From an uncultured Planctomycetales bacterium (lineage in GTDB: Bacteria; Omnitrophota; Gorgyraeia; Gygaellales; Profunditerraquicolaceae): 64,000 bases of DNA. The stretch is taken from contig CAZRVK010000001.1 of the NCBI GenBank assembly GCA_964603585.1, positions 207,856-271,855 on the forward strand, in the 5' to 3' direction. This document shows, piece by piece, positions 36,833-46,716 of this stretch (positions are counted from its first letter, which is position 1; each line of letters starts with the position of its first letter). The notes below the pieces were generated by a model that saw nothing but the letters and a program-made list of their open reading frames with translations, was not told where the DNA came from and ran no database searches. Made by a program: the position numbers and the translations under genes.

Positions 36833-37491
36833 ACCATTCTTCTTAAACCAGCATAGACGCTTTTTAAATCCCTGAACGGGATACAGCCGCGCCTTATCTT
36901 TTTAAAATATTCCAACAGATCATCCTTGGCAAAAACAATATCTGCCTGCTGGGCAGGGCAAATATCAGAACGGCCGTCTCCGATATAAATGATCCTCTCC
37001 TTAAACCTGTTTCTTAATAAATTGTTCCTCTTGCAATGAGCACAATAAGAACAAGCGCGGTTATGATGCGGAAAATAAAGCAATAATCTGTTTTTGGAGA
37101 ATTTCAGCCGGTTAGAACAAACCTTTATGCCGCAAATATCATTTTGGCGTAGGATGACATTGATAATAAAAGAAAAATTATCGCTTAATATCTTGACCGG
37201 GATATTCTTTGATTTAAGTAAAACAAGTATTTTCTTGAAATAAGGGTCGATCTTTATGCCGGACAAATAGCGCAATAAATCTGTCTTGGATAAACGCACG
37301 CCTGCTAATTGCCCTCTAAGGCAGGCCCGGGAGCCAATAACCCCCTTTTTCCACTGTCTTTCAAGTTCAACCCATTTCTTATCTATCGAGAAACGTTTAA
37401 TGATATCATCCAAAACATCAACCTTTGTGATCGTATTGTCAAAATCAAAGAAAACTGCATGTCCAGATAAGAAATTCATATATTCCGCCAT
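36829..37491 (-). CDS. HAD-superfamily phosphatase (MtnX/phosphoserine-phosphatase-like subfamily) with an inserted Cys cluster
   Basis: 220 aa. Motif I is FFDFDNTIT (DxDxT). A C-terminal GDGRSD motif is present. There is an unusual CSYCAHC segment. Confidence 0.55.
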   Translation of the reverse strand: MAEYMNFLSGHAVFFDFDNTITKVDVLDDIIKRFSIDKKWVELERQWKKGVIGSRACLRGQLAGVRLSKTDLLRYLSGIKIDPYFKKILVLLKSKNIPVKILSDNFSFIINVILRQNDICGIKVCSNRLKFSKNRLLLYFPHHNRACSYCAHCKRNNLLRNRFKERIIYIGDGRSDICPAQQADIVFAKDDLLEYFKKIRRGCIPFRDLKSVYAGLRRMV

Positions 37492-38384
37492 GGCTCGAAT
37501 TCTTTCGGCATTAATGAGGAAAACTCCATGAACTTTCCTGTCCGAGGATGAACGAACCCCAGATATTTCGCATGCAAAGCAAGTCTTGTGAATTTATTGT
37601 TCCGGCCGTATTTAGGGTCCCCCATGATCGGGTGCTTTAAATAAGCCAGATGCACCCTCAACTGATGCGTCCTTCCGGTAAAAGGTTCAAGCTCCACGAG
37701 AGTCATGCCATTTTTACGCATTAGCACCCGGTAAAAGGTCTTGGCATATTTGGTATTGGCGCCAAAACCTACCGCCATATCCTTGCGTTTATACGGATGA
37801 CGCCCGATAGGAAGCTCAATTATATTCTCGTTGAATTCCATTTCTCCGTTTACCAGCGCAACATATTTACGTTTAATGCTGTGCCGGGCAAACTGCTCCG
37901 CTAATGCAAGATGCGCAGGATTATTCTTTGCAATAACCAGTAATCCGGAAGTATCTTTATCCAGCCGGTGGACAATCCCCGGCCTTAAAGGATTGATGTC
38001 CGACAGATCCTTAAAATGGAAAAGGATAGCATTAACCAGGGTATGCGTGTCATTGCCTGGAGCAGGATGCACAACCAAACCAACGGGCTTATCGATAACC
38101 GCAAGATCCTGATCCTCGTAAACTATGACTAAGGGAATATCCTCCGCTTTTAACGATACCGGTTCTTTTTTTTTCACCTGCACCGAGACCTCATCGGAAG
38201 GTTTCACCTTATAATGGGCCTTGACCTTAACACAGTTTTTCACCGTAATCTGGCCCGTTAAGATCATTTTTTGTATAAACTCCCTTGAAAATCCCAGGCA
38301 GTTTAATTTGGCAAACTCCACGACAACCTGGTCAAGCCTTTTACCGGCATCATCCGAGGCGATTATAAAGTGATAATTTTCCAT
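37476..38384 (-). CDS. rluD: RluA-family 23S rRNA pseudouridine synthase (RluD-like)
   Basis: 302 aa. Has an S4 domain N-terminus and the catalytic HRLDKDTSGLLV motif. Confidence 0.8.
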   Translation of the reverse strand: MENYHFIIASDDAGKRLDQVVVEFAKLNCLGFSREFIQKMILTGQITVKNCVKVKAHYKVKPSDEVSVQVKKKEPVSLKAEDIPLVIVYEDQDLAVIDKPVGLVVHPAPGNDTHTLVNAILFHFKDLSDINPLRPGIVHRLDKDTSGLLVIAKNNPAHLALAEQFARHSIKRKYVALVNGEMEFNENIIELPIGRHPYKRKDMAVGFGANTKYAKTFYRVLMRKNGMTLVELEPFTGRTHQLRVHLAYLKHPIMGDPKYGRNNKFTRLALHAKYLGFVHPRTGKFMEFSSLMPKEFEPWRNI

Positions 38385-39082
38385 CAGGGATTATTTTTCC
38401 TTAAAAGCAAGATTTTTACCGATGCAACCGCAAAAACAAGGATACTGATTATCTGGAACAAGCTTAGATCCCAAAGGATATTTGGATTATCCTGGCGCCA
38501 GAATTCCATGAAAAACCTTTTCGTTGAGTATAGCATAAGGTAAGAATAGAAAATCGCACCAGCCCTATGGGGGTGCGACTGTAAGATCCTTAGAACAATA
38601 AAAATCAATATCAGGAAAAATGAGGAATAGATCTGGACGGGAATAAGGAACAACCCGTTTCCGAAACAACAACCATTCAAAAAACAGCCAAGCCGGCCAA
38701 AGGCCTGGGATAAAGCCAAAAACGGTGTGATCAAATCGAATATTTTATATACAGGAACTCCCTGGATCCTTAAATATGCAATACTGGAAATTATTCCCAA
38801 AAAAAGCCCTCCAAACCAGGATAAACCTCCATGATTAAACATAATGATCTCAAGCGGATTTTGGGAATAAAAACCAAAGTGTTCTACAACATAGAAGATC
38901 CTGGCGCCAAATACTCCGCTGACCAGGGCAACAAATGCAAAATTGAATACCAGGTCCCGGCTAAGTTTTTCCTTAACCGCCTCATTTCCCGCTAAATAAA
39001 TGCTGACCATAAAACCCAAAGCAAGCATCACACCATAAGAATATATCGTAAAAGGCCCGATTTTGCAGATTTCTGGATACAT
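38384..39082 (-). CDS. lgt: prolipoprotein diacylglyceryl transferase
   Basis: 232 aa. N-terminus FTIYSYGVMLALGF. Has the Lgt signature region around GARIFYV. Confidence 0.85.
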   Translation of the reverse strand: MYPEICKIGPFTIYSYGVMLALGFMVSIYLAGNEAVKEKLSRDLVFNFAFVALVSGVFGARIFYVVEHFGFYSQNPLEIIMFNHGGLSWFGGLFLGIISSIAYLRIQGVPVYKIFDLITPFLALSQAFGRLGCFLNGCCFGNGLFLIPVQIYSSFFLILIFIVLRILQSHPHRAGAIFYSYLMLYSTKRFFMEFWRQDNPNILWDLSLFQIISILVFAVASVKILLLRKNNP

Positions 39083-39092
39083 AATAAAACCT

Positions 39093-39551
39093 CTATCCTT
39101 TCTTTTGTTTAGCCTGCATAGACTCGGCAGTCATGATCGTCCACCCCAAAAGCAGCGCCCCTGCAGTAATAGCGCTATCTGCCACATTAAATACCGGCCA
39201 AAAACCAAAATCAATGAAATCTATCACATACCCCAGCCAGATGCGGTCAATAAGGTTGCCTAATCCTCCCGCCAGTATCAGGCTTAAGGAAATATTATAA
39301 ACAGCCGGTTCATCGCGCTGGCTTTTATTAAGATTGACACAAATTAATACCGTGGCAACAAGCGCAGCAAAAATAAAAAAAGGCACCTGATTCTTCAGTA
39401 TGCCGAATGCTGCTCCCCGGTTATGCACAAGCGTCAAAGACAAAACCCCCTTAACTACCGGTACCGGTTGCGCTAAAGTCAAATTCTGGCTGGCAAGAAA
39501 TTTAGTAGCTTGATCCAGGAAAATTATGAAAAGCGTAATAATAACTATCAT
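39093..39551 (-). CDS. lspA: lipoprotein signal peptidase II
   Basis: C-terminal block NLIDRIWLGYVIDFIDFGFWPVFNVADSAI. The start is trimmed to the internal Met (MIVIITLF) to remove a 37-bp overlap with the upstream gene. Confidence 0.85.
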   Translation of the reverse strand: MIVIITLFIIFLDQATKFLASQNLTLAQPVPVVKGVLSLTLVHNRGAAFGILKNQVPFFIFAALVATVLICVNLNKSQRDEPAVYNISLSLILAGGLGNLIDRIWLGYVIDFIDFGFWPVFNVADSAITAGALLLGWTIMTAESMQAKQKKG

Positions 39552-39568
39552 AAAAAGAAGGCTTTGGG

Positions 39569-40060
39569 TTAAGCCTTCTCCTTTTTTTCCTGACACTGGA
39601 CGCAAAGCCGGGCATAAGGAACGGCCTTCAGGCGGATTTTAGAGATGGATGCCTTACAATCCTCACACATACCATAACTGCCATCATCTATTTTCTTAAG
39701 CGCATCTTCAAGTTCATAGACAAATTGCCTGTCATTAGAAGCAAGCCCCAAAGAAAACTCCCGGTCGTAAGTATCGGTAGCAACATCAGCCATATGATAG
39801 GTATATCCGGAAATATCTCCCGAGGCTTCTTTTTGGGATTTTTTCAAAGTATCATCTGAAATATGTTTTATGTCATCCAGGATCGTATCCTTGATCTTTA
39901 TCAGCAGATTCTTAAATATCTCCAGGTCTTTTTTATTCAGTTTCTTGGCCAAACGAAAGGCCTTTTTTGCTGATTTCCTTGCTGCCGGTTTTTTCCCGGA
40001 GTTTTTCCTGGACCCGACGATCTTTGCTCTGGATTTATTCGGTTTCATTTTTGTTTTCAC
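39569..40060 (-). CDS. DksA/TraR-family C4 zinc-finger protein with a Lys-rich N-terminal extension
   Basis: 163 aa. C-terminal CEDCKASIS...CVQCQ zinc finger. The N-terminal 40 aa are highly basic. Confidence 0.7.
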   Translation of the reverse strand: MKTKMKPNKSRAKIVGSRKNSGKKPAARKSAKKAFRLAKKLNKKDLEIFKNLLIKIKDTILDDIKHISDDTLKKSQKEASGDISGYTYHMADVATDTYDREFSLGLASNDRQFVYELEDALKKIDDGSYGMCEDCKASISKIRLKAVPYARLCVQCQEKKEKA

Positions 40061-40061
40061 T

Positions 40062-42884
40062 TTATTTCCCCCCTATGGCTTTTAAACAGCTGTCACAGAT
40101 TAAAGGATGAGCAGGAGAACTTCCCAGGACCCGGTGATAATTCCAACAGCGCACACATTTTTCCCCTTCTGCCTTATTCGCCTCTAACGCAATATCACTG
40201 AAAACTGCGGACTTAGAAAGATTTGGGGGGAAATTATCTTCTTTTTTGATTTCCACCTGCGAGACTTTAAAAATCTCGCAAAGCTGATCCTCTAAGCCCG
40301 TTAAATATTTATACCGGATTTGATCATTTGTCAACAATTTTATTCTGGCATCGAACGAACTGCCGATCAAGGAAGACGTACGCTTATCTTCCAGGACCCG
40401 GGCCACATCAGGCACAAGTTTTATGATCTCATCTATGCCTTGGTCGGCGAACTCAAAATCGCCGGATTCCGGCCAATCGGCAAGATGCACACTGCCCGGT
40501 CTTACGTCCTGGTGGGCGCCAGGCAAATTACTCCATACCTCCTCTGCACTGAAAACTAATATCGGAGCCATGATACGGGTCAAGGCACTTAGCAGCCTAT
40601 AGAGCGCGGTCTGTGCCGAACGCCTTTCAAGTGATGAGGCCCCGCCGGTATAAAGCCGGCCTTTGATCATATCCAGATAATACATGGATAATTTCTCATT
40701 ACAAAAATCATAGATCGCCTTATACGCCTTATGGAAACAAAATGCCTCGTATGCCGAGCCAACATCCAGGATCAGCCTTTGCATCTTATGCAATATCCAT
40801 TTATCCAGTTTCTTCAAGTCTTCGGAAGCGACCATATCGGTTAAAGGATCAAAATCGTAAAGATTGCTTAAAATAAACCTACAGGTATTCCGGATCTTAC
40901 GATATGCCTCTGACAGACGCGTAAGTATCTCTTTCGATATACGAATATCCTCATTATAATCGCTGGAAGCGACCCACATCCTTAGAATATCCGCGCCGTA
41001 ATCCTTTGTAATGTCAAAAGGCGAGATCACATTGCCTACGGACTTTGACATTTTCCTGCCCTGGCCATCAACCACAAAACCATGTGTAAGAACATTTAAA
41101 AAAGGCGGATGATGATCAATGCACACAGAAGGAATAAGCGAAGACTGGAACCATCCGCGATGCTGATCAGAACCTTCCAGATATAGTTGTGCGGGGCTCC
41201 CCCCCAACTCTTTTCTTTTCTTTAACACCGCTTGGCTACTTACGCCGGAATCAAACCAAACGTCAAGGATATCCGAGCCTTTCGAGAATGTCCTGCCTTT
41301 ATTGCAAACAGGACAAACTAAATCCGCAGGCAGAAAATCTTTAATCCCCCTTAAAAACCAGCAATCCGAGCCTTCCTTTGCGATAAAGGCGGCAAATTTA
41401 CCGGTTACCCGTTCATCGAAGAATTCCTCTTTGCAGTTTTCACAAACAAGCGCCGGTACAGGAACGCCCCAATACCTCTGACGGGAAAGACACCAATCAG
41501 GCCGCGATTCCACCATTGCCGAGATCCTCTCCCGGCCTGTTTGCGGGATCCAGTTAACCTCATCTGCTATTGCCTTAAGTAACCTCTGGCGCAATTTATA
41601 TTTTTCTGAAGGCTTGCATCCTTCATCATTCTCGTCATGGTCCAGCATCAAGAACCACTGTTTAGTTGCCCTAAATATGATCGGATTCTTACATCGCCAG
41701 CAATGAGGATACGAATGGGATATCTTGGATTCTAAAAGTAAAGCACCAACGCCTTGCAGCTTATCGATGATCAGCCGATTCGCCTCATAAACATTTATAC
41801 CGGCAAATTCACCGGCAGTCTGGTCGAATTTGCCTCTTGAATCAACCGGCATAACAATATCTAAATTATATTTCAGTCCAGTCTGATAATCTTCCGCGCC
41901 ATGACCGGGTGCGGTATGCACTAGGCCCGAGCCATCATCACGAGAAACATAATCGGCTAAAACCACACGGCCTTTTCTTAAACCAAAAGGATGATGATAA
42001 ACCAGCCCCTGAAGGAGATTCCCGGGGACCTCTTTTAGAAGATCGAATCTTTCGATCCCCGAACTGGATAAAACACTGTTCAATAAATCATTGGCAATGA
42101 TCAAATTCCCTCTATCCGTTTTAACACAGGAATAGGCCATATCCGGATGTACCGCCACCGCAACATTAGCGATCAATGTCCATGGGGTAGTCGTCCAGAT
42201 CAATAAATATGTGTCATCCGGATAATCCTTATGCTGATCAAGCTTGAACTTTACGAATACCGATGGGGAGGTATGATCCTCATATTCTACCTCCGCTTCC
42301 GCCAGCGCAGTTTCACATTTAAAACACCAGTTAACGGGTTTGAGCCCGCGCTTAATGTAACCCTTTTTGAATAATTCATTAAAAGAAGAAACGATCGCCT
42401 CTTCATAATCCCGGTTTAATGTCAAATACGGGTTATCCCAGTCCGCAAACACCCCTAACCGCTTAAATTGCTCTTTTTGGCTGGCGACATAATTGACTGC
42501 GTAATCATAGGCTTTTTTCCTGAAATCCACCTGTGAGATCTGGTACTTGCTGATCTTAAGCTCCTTGAACAACTGATGCTCGATAGGCAGCCCATGGCAA
42601 TCCCACCCCGGCACATAAGGAGAATCAAAACCCCGCATAAACCTGAATTTTACAATTATATCCTTGAGGATTTTATTCAAAGCATGCCCAATATGAATAT
42701 CCCCGTTAGCATAAGGCGGGCCATCATGCAACACATACTTGGGCCTGCCCAAAGATTTCTTTCTGATCAGTTGATATATCCCCTGTTCATCCCAACCTTT
42801 CAAAAACAACGGTTCACGCCTGGGCAAATCCGCCTTCATCGGAAAATCGGTTTTAGGCAAATTCAAGGTATCTTTATATTCCAT
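40062..42884 (-). CDS. ileS: isoleucine--tRNA ligase
   Basis: 940 aa. Has HIGHAL and KMSKS motifs and a C-terminal zinc-binding CxxC...CxxC. Confidence 0.95.
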   Translation of the reverse strand: MEYKDTLNLPKTDFPMKADLPRREPLFLKGWDEQGIYQLIRKKSLGRPKYVLHDGPPYANGDIHIGHALNKILKDIIVKFRFMRGFDSPYVPGWDCHGLPIEHQLFKELKISKYQISQVDFRKKAYDYAVNYVASQKEQFKRLGVFADWDNPYLTLNRDYEEAIVSSFNELFKKGYIKRGLKPVNWCFKCETALAEAEVEYEDHTSPSVFVKFKLDQHKDYPDDTYLLIWTTTPWTLIANVAVAVHPDMAYSCVKTDRGNLIIANDLLNSVLSSSGIERFDLLKEVPGNLLQGLVYHHPFGLRKGRVVLADYVSRDDGSGLVHTAPGHGAEDYQTGLKYNLDIVMPVDSRGKFDQTAGEFAGINVYEANRLIIDKLQGVGALLLESKISHSYPHCWRCKNPIIFRATKQWFLMLDHDENDEGCKPSEKYKLRQRLLKAIADEVNWIPQTGRERISAMVESRPDWCLSRQRYWGVPVPALVCENCKEEFFDERVTGKFAAFIAKEGSDCWFLRGIKDFLPADLVCPVCNKGRTFSKGSDILDVWFDSGVSSQAVLKKRKELGGSPAQLYLEGSDQHRGWFQSSLIPSVCIDHHPPFLNVLTHGFVVDGQGRKMSKSVGNVISPFDITKDYGADILRMWVASSDYNEDIRISKEILTRLSEAYRKIRNTCRFILSNLYDFDPLTDMVASEDLKKLDKWILHKMQRLILDVGSAYEAFCFHKAYKAIYDFCNEKLSMYYLDMIKGRLYTGGASSLERRSAQTALYRLLSALTRIMAPILVFSAEEVWSNLPGAHQDVRPGSVHLADWPESGDFEFADQGIDEIIKLVPDVARVLEDKRTSSLIGSSFDARIKLLTNDQIRYKYLTGLEDQLCEIFKVSQVEIKKEDNFPPNLSKSAVFSDIALEANKAEGEKCVRCWNYHRVLGSSPAHPLICDSCLKAIGGK

Positions 42885-42922
42885 AGTTATATTTGATCTG
42901 TTTAAACAACTTCGATAGGATA

Positions 42923-43783
42923 TTATGTAATGTATTTACCGATAATTACCTTTAAATCTTTTTTAATCTTCTTTGAGATCAGTTTTCTATCCGTAACAAT
43001 AGCATACTTAAGCGTATCCTTGCATGAACAGACGCGGTGATCAGGGAGATTCTTTACGATCGCCATGATCATTCTCTTGGAATTCTCAACGTTTTTATGC
43101 AAATTGCTCATGACCATTTCAAGCGTCACACTCTCATGCTGGGGATGCCAGCAATCATAATCAGTCACTGCCGCCAGAGTGGAATAACAAATCTCTGCTT
43201 CCCGGGCAAGCTTAGCCTCCGACATATTGGTCATCCCGATCACATCCATCCCCCAGGAGCGGTAAAGATTAGACTCTGCTAAAGTAGAAAACGCCGGGCC
43301 CTCCATATTCAAATAAGTCCCTTTATTATGTATGCTTAAGCCCAGGGATTTACCCGAAGAATAAATAACCTTAGCCAGGTCATTACAAACAGGATGCGCA
43401 AAAACAATATGTGCGACAATGCCGTTATCAAAAAATGTCATCTCCCTGGCATTATTCGTCCGATCCACAAATTGGTCAACTACCACAAAATCCAGAGGTT
43501 TGATATCTTCTCTAAGGCTGCCGCAGGCAGTAACCGAGATTATCCTTTCAACCCCCAGGGCCTTCATCCCGAAAATATTAGCGCGATAATTTATCTTACT
43601 GGGACAAATTCTGTGGCCAAGGTCATGGCGCGGTAAAAATACCACTTCCTTGCCCTCTAAGACCCCGGAAACAAATTTTCCCGAAGGCTTGCCAAACGGC
43701 GTGCCCATCGAGATCTTTTTGATCTTTTTTAAGCCGTCAATCCGGTATAAGCCGCTGCCGCCGATTATCCCAATACGTCCCAT
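42923..43783 (-). CDS. mtnP: S-methyl-5'-thioadenosine phosphorylase / purine nucleoside phosphorylase family
   Basis: PNP/MTAP family. The start is trimmed to [12 protein letters not shown]. Confidence 0.8.
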   Translation of the reverse strand: MGRIGIIGGSGLYRIDGLKKIKKISMGTPFGKPSGKFVSGVLEGKEVVFLPRHDLGHRICPSKINYRANIFGMKALGVERIISVTACGSLREDIKPLDFVVVDQFVDRTNNAREMTFFDNGIVAHIVFAHPVCNDLAKVIYSSGKSLGLSIHNKGTYLNMEGPAFSTLAESNLYRSWGMDVIGMTNMSEAKLAREAEICYSTLAAVTDYDCWHPQHESVTLEMVMSNLHKNVENSKRMIMAIVKNLPDHRVCSCKDTLKYAIVTDRKLISKKIKKDLKVIIGKYIT

Positions 43784-43787
43784 AAAC

Positions 43788-44648
43788 TTACTCCTTTTTG
43801 GAAAGTTCTTCCGCACGCTTTTTAGCCGCTTTTATCGCCTCGCTCAAAGAACCGGTCTCTCGCAATGCCGTTAACCCGGCATCTGTCGTTCCACCTTTGG
43901 AAGTAACCTGCTTCTCTATTTCTTCGGAAGACGAATTCCCTAAACGCGCAAAACTAAAGCAAGTATCGGTTGTCGTCTCCGATAAATACTCTGCGTCGCT
44001 TAAACTAAATCCGGCTTCCAGAGCGCCTTTCTTAAGTGCAGGGGCAAAATATGCGCGGGCAAATTCATTTACGGCAGCAGTATTTTTTATATCTATCCCC
44101 CGGACTTGAAGCAAATAAAAGAAATATCCCGGGCCGCTGCCGGAAACCGCGGTTGCCGCATCCATCATACCCTCGTCTATTTGTTTTACTTCTCCGATAT
44201 ATTCAAATAAATCAAGTGTAAAATCCATATCCTCATCAGTCGCAGATGCGCCCTGTGATATACAGGTAACACTACTGCCGATCCGGGCGCCTATATTAGG
44301 CATGACCCGAACCACCCGCACTACTCCTAAACGTTTCCGGATATATTCTGTAGTTATTCCTGCGGCGATGGAGATGAACAATTTATCCAATAGATGTTTA
44401 TAGCCTTTTATCTCATCTAAAACAGCATCAAAATCCTGGGGCTTGACCGCGATAACCACCGCCTGAACTTGATCACATAAAGCAATGATACTATCCGCCG
44501 TTTTTACGCCTGTTGCTCCGGCAAGGCGGCATTTTTCTTTATCAAAAACAATAACCTCATAATAGGACTTTAACTGATTTGCGATTGCCGAGCCCATATT
44601 GCCAAAACCGATTATCCCGATTATTTTTTCCATAATTATATCCTGCAT
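43788..44648 (-). CDS. proC: pyrroline-5-carboxylate reductase
   Basis: 286 aa. Has the NADP-binding IGIIGFGNMGSAI and the ProC C-terminal dimerisation region. Confidence 0.85.
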   Translation of the reverse strand: MQDIIMEKIIGIIGFGNMGSAIANQLKSYYEVIVFDKEKCRLAGATGVKTADSIIALCDQVQAVVIAVKPQDFDAVLDEIKGYKHLLDKLFISIAAGITTEYIRKRLGVVRVVRVMPNIGARIGSSVTCISQGASATDEDMDFTLDLFEYIGEVKQIDEGMMDAATAVSGSGPGYFFYLLQVRGIDIKNTAAVNEFARAYFAPALKKGALEAGFSLSDAEYLSETTTDTCFSFARLGNSSSEEIEKQVTSKGGTTDAGLTALRETGSLSEAIKAAKKRAEELSKKE

Positions 44649-44653
44649 AAAGG

Positions 44654-45352
44654 CTATTCAAACAAAGCCCTGCCGAGCCGGACCATTTGCGAACCTTCTT
44701 CTATCGCCACTTCAAAATCACCAGTCATTCCCATCGATAAAATTAGCCCCCCACCGCCAGTCTCCGACACAGAAAAACTAACCATCTGCCTGCGATAAAG
44801 CTCATCCCGTAATTTACGCAGCTGGCGGAAATAAGGCCGGGCATTCTCCGGTTCATCTACTAAAGGAGCGATCGTCATCAGCCCCCGGAGGCGAATATTC
44901 TTTAATCCGAGTATTTGCTTAAAGTTAATTAAAAGATCCTCCGCCGATAAACCATGTTTTGTCGGTTCCGGGGAAGTCTTCACCTCCAGGAGAATTTCCT
45001 GGACCTTATCAACCTTTTCGGCTTCCTTATTGATTGCCTGGGCTAAACGCAAACTATCCACAGACTGGATCAAATCAAATATTCTGACCGCATCTTTAAC
45101 CTTATTGGTTTGTAAATGGCCGATCAAATGCCAGGATACTCTTTCGGAACCTAACTCCGCATATTTAGCTGCCGCCTCCTGGACCCTGTTCTCGCCGATT
45201 TGAGTGATCCCTCCAGCAAGTAGTTCCTTCACTTCAATGACCTGGCGGTTTTTAGTCACTCCAACCAGCATTATCTCCTGCGCCTGACGATTAGCCCTCG
45301 AACATGCACTGGCAATACGTTCTTTTACCTGGACAATATTATCTTTAATCAT
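44654..45352 (-). CDS. yggS: YggS-family PLP homeostasis protein
   Basis: 232 aa. Alanine-racemase N-terminal-like fold. The PLP Lys lies in VGVTKN. Confidence 0.85.
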   Translation of the reverse strand: MIKDNIVQVKERIASACSRANRQAQEIMLVGVTKNRQVIEVKELLAGGITQIGENRVQEAAAKYAELGSERVSWHLIGHLQTNKVKDAVRIFDLIQSVDSLRLAQAINKEAEKVDKVQEILLEVKTSPEPTKHGLSAEDLLINFKQILGLKNIRLRGLMTIAPLVDEPENARPYFRQLRKLRDELYRRQMVSFSVSETGGGGLILSMGMTGDFEVAIEEGSQMVRLGRALFE

Positions 45353-45420
45353 GGTCTTGGATTAGTATATTATACACAAGAAAAATACAGGGTCAATCTA
45401 AAAGAAACGAGGGGTACGGG

Positions 45421-46701
45421 TTAGAAATATTCATGATATAGTGACTTCAATTTATCCATGACCTTAAAGACAGGATTATGCGAAGAATTAGGATTAACTG
45501 TAAACCTCGGCTGTTCTAAAGACATCGCCTTACAAAATATCCCGCAGGCGGTAAGATACGCAAGTGATTTCCCGGAAGAAATTATCTCATGATTATGTAC
45601 CAATGCCGCGATCCGGGGATTAGTTATGCGCCCAAGGATGACCGGCACTCCAAGATGTGCCTCGATCACCTCCAGGAAACCTTCTAAAAGGACAGACCTT
45701 CCACAAACGAGGAAATTGCTTATCTGCCGTATCGAGACAACCTCTGCTACTTTATCTTTGATCCTTTGAGCGATTAATTTGGCTTCTTTTGTAACTACAT
45801 TTATGACCACGCTCTCTTTTATCGGCTTATAAATACTGTCTTTTTTAATCAATATCTCCTTATCCCCTTCCGGGTCCACAATGTCCTGGATCCGGCCATA
45901 CGATTTCTTCACCTCTTCGGCCATTTCAAAAGTGATTTTTAGTTCCTTTGACAATGCTTCTGTCAGATTGTCTCCACCTAATGGCAGGATCAATGCCTCC
46001 TTAAAAATATCTGCCTCAAAAACCAGGATCTCCGTAGAATCTTTTCCGATATCACAAAGCACACTGACCCCTTGTTTCGGGCGCTCTAAAGAAACAGCTT
46101 CATAGGTGGCAAAAGGGGAAAAAAACACCTCTTTAGCCTCAAAACCTGCCTGATTAATCGTGCGTATAAGCGTTTGCAGCAACGAAAGCTTCGCGCACAC
46201 AAGATACAGGTCCACCTCAATACGATGGCTATATAACCCCAAAGGATTGGCAATCCCGGTTTGAGAATCAATCGTATAATTTAAAGGCACCTGGGTAATT
46301 ATCTCCTCTTCAAGGCTTGAGCCCAATATCCGCGCCTGCCGGTTCACCTCTTCTATATCAGAGGCTGTAATGACTTTGTTGCCTCTTTCGGCTAAAGGTA
46401 TAATTGCCCGGCTATGCCGAGTGATAATGTCCTGCCCGGAAAGGTTGGTATAAACATATTTGATATTCAAGCCTGATTTAGACTTTAATTTCTTTAACAC
46501 CTTCTCAATGGAAGCAGATAATTCAATAGCATCAATTATCACCCCACGTTTCATTCCAGAAGAAGGAGCATCTTCAAAGAACATCTCGACAATATTGTTT
46601 TTATTCACCTTGGCCGCCACAGCAGATATCTTGCTTGCGCTGATATCTACAGCGCAAATACACTCTTTCTGAAATATTCCCAAATTAAGCCTCCATTTCA
46701 T
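45421..46701 (-). CDS. ftsA: cell division protein FtsA
   Basis: 426 aa. Actin-like ATPase fold. Has a C-terminal amphipathic helix. Lies in the dcw position after ftsQ. Confidence 0.85.
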   Translation of the reverse strand: MKWRLNLGIFQKECICAVDISASKISAVAAKVNKNNIVEMFFEDAPSSGMKRGVIIDAIELSASIEKVLKKLKSKSGLNIKYVYTNLSGQDIITRHSRAIIPLAERGNKVITASDIEEVNRQARILGSSLEEEIITQVPLNYTIDSQTGIANPLGLYSHRIEVDLYLVCAKLSLLQTLIRTINQAGFEAKEVFFSPFATYEAVSLERPKQGVSVLCDIGKDSTEILVFEADIFKEALILPLGGDNLTEALSKELKITFEMAEEVKKSYGRIQDIVDPEGDKEILIKKDSIYKPIKESVVINVVTKEAKLIAQRIKDKVAEVVSIRQISNFLVCGRSVLLEGFLEVIEAHLGVPVILGRITNPRIAALVHNHEIISSGKSLAYLTACGIFCKAMSLEQPRFTVNPNSSHNPVFKVMDKLKSLYHEYF

Positions 46702-46716
46702 ATAAAGGATTGTTCT

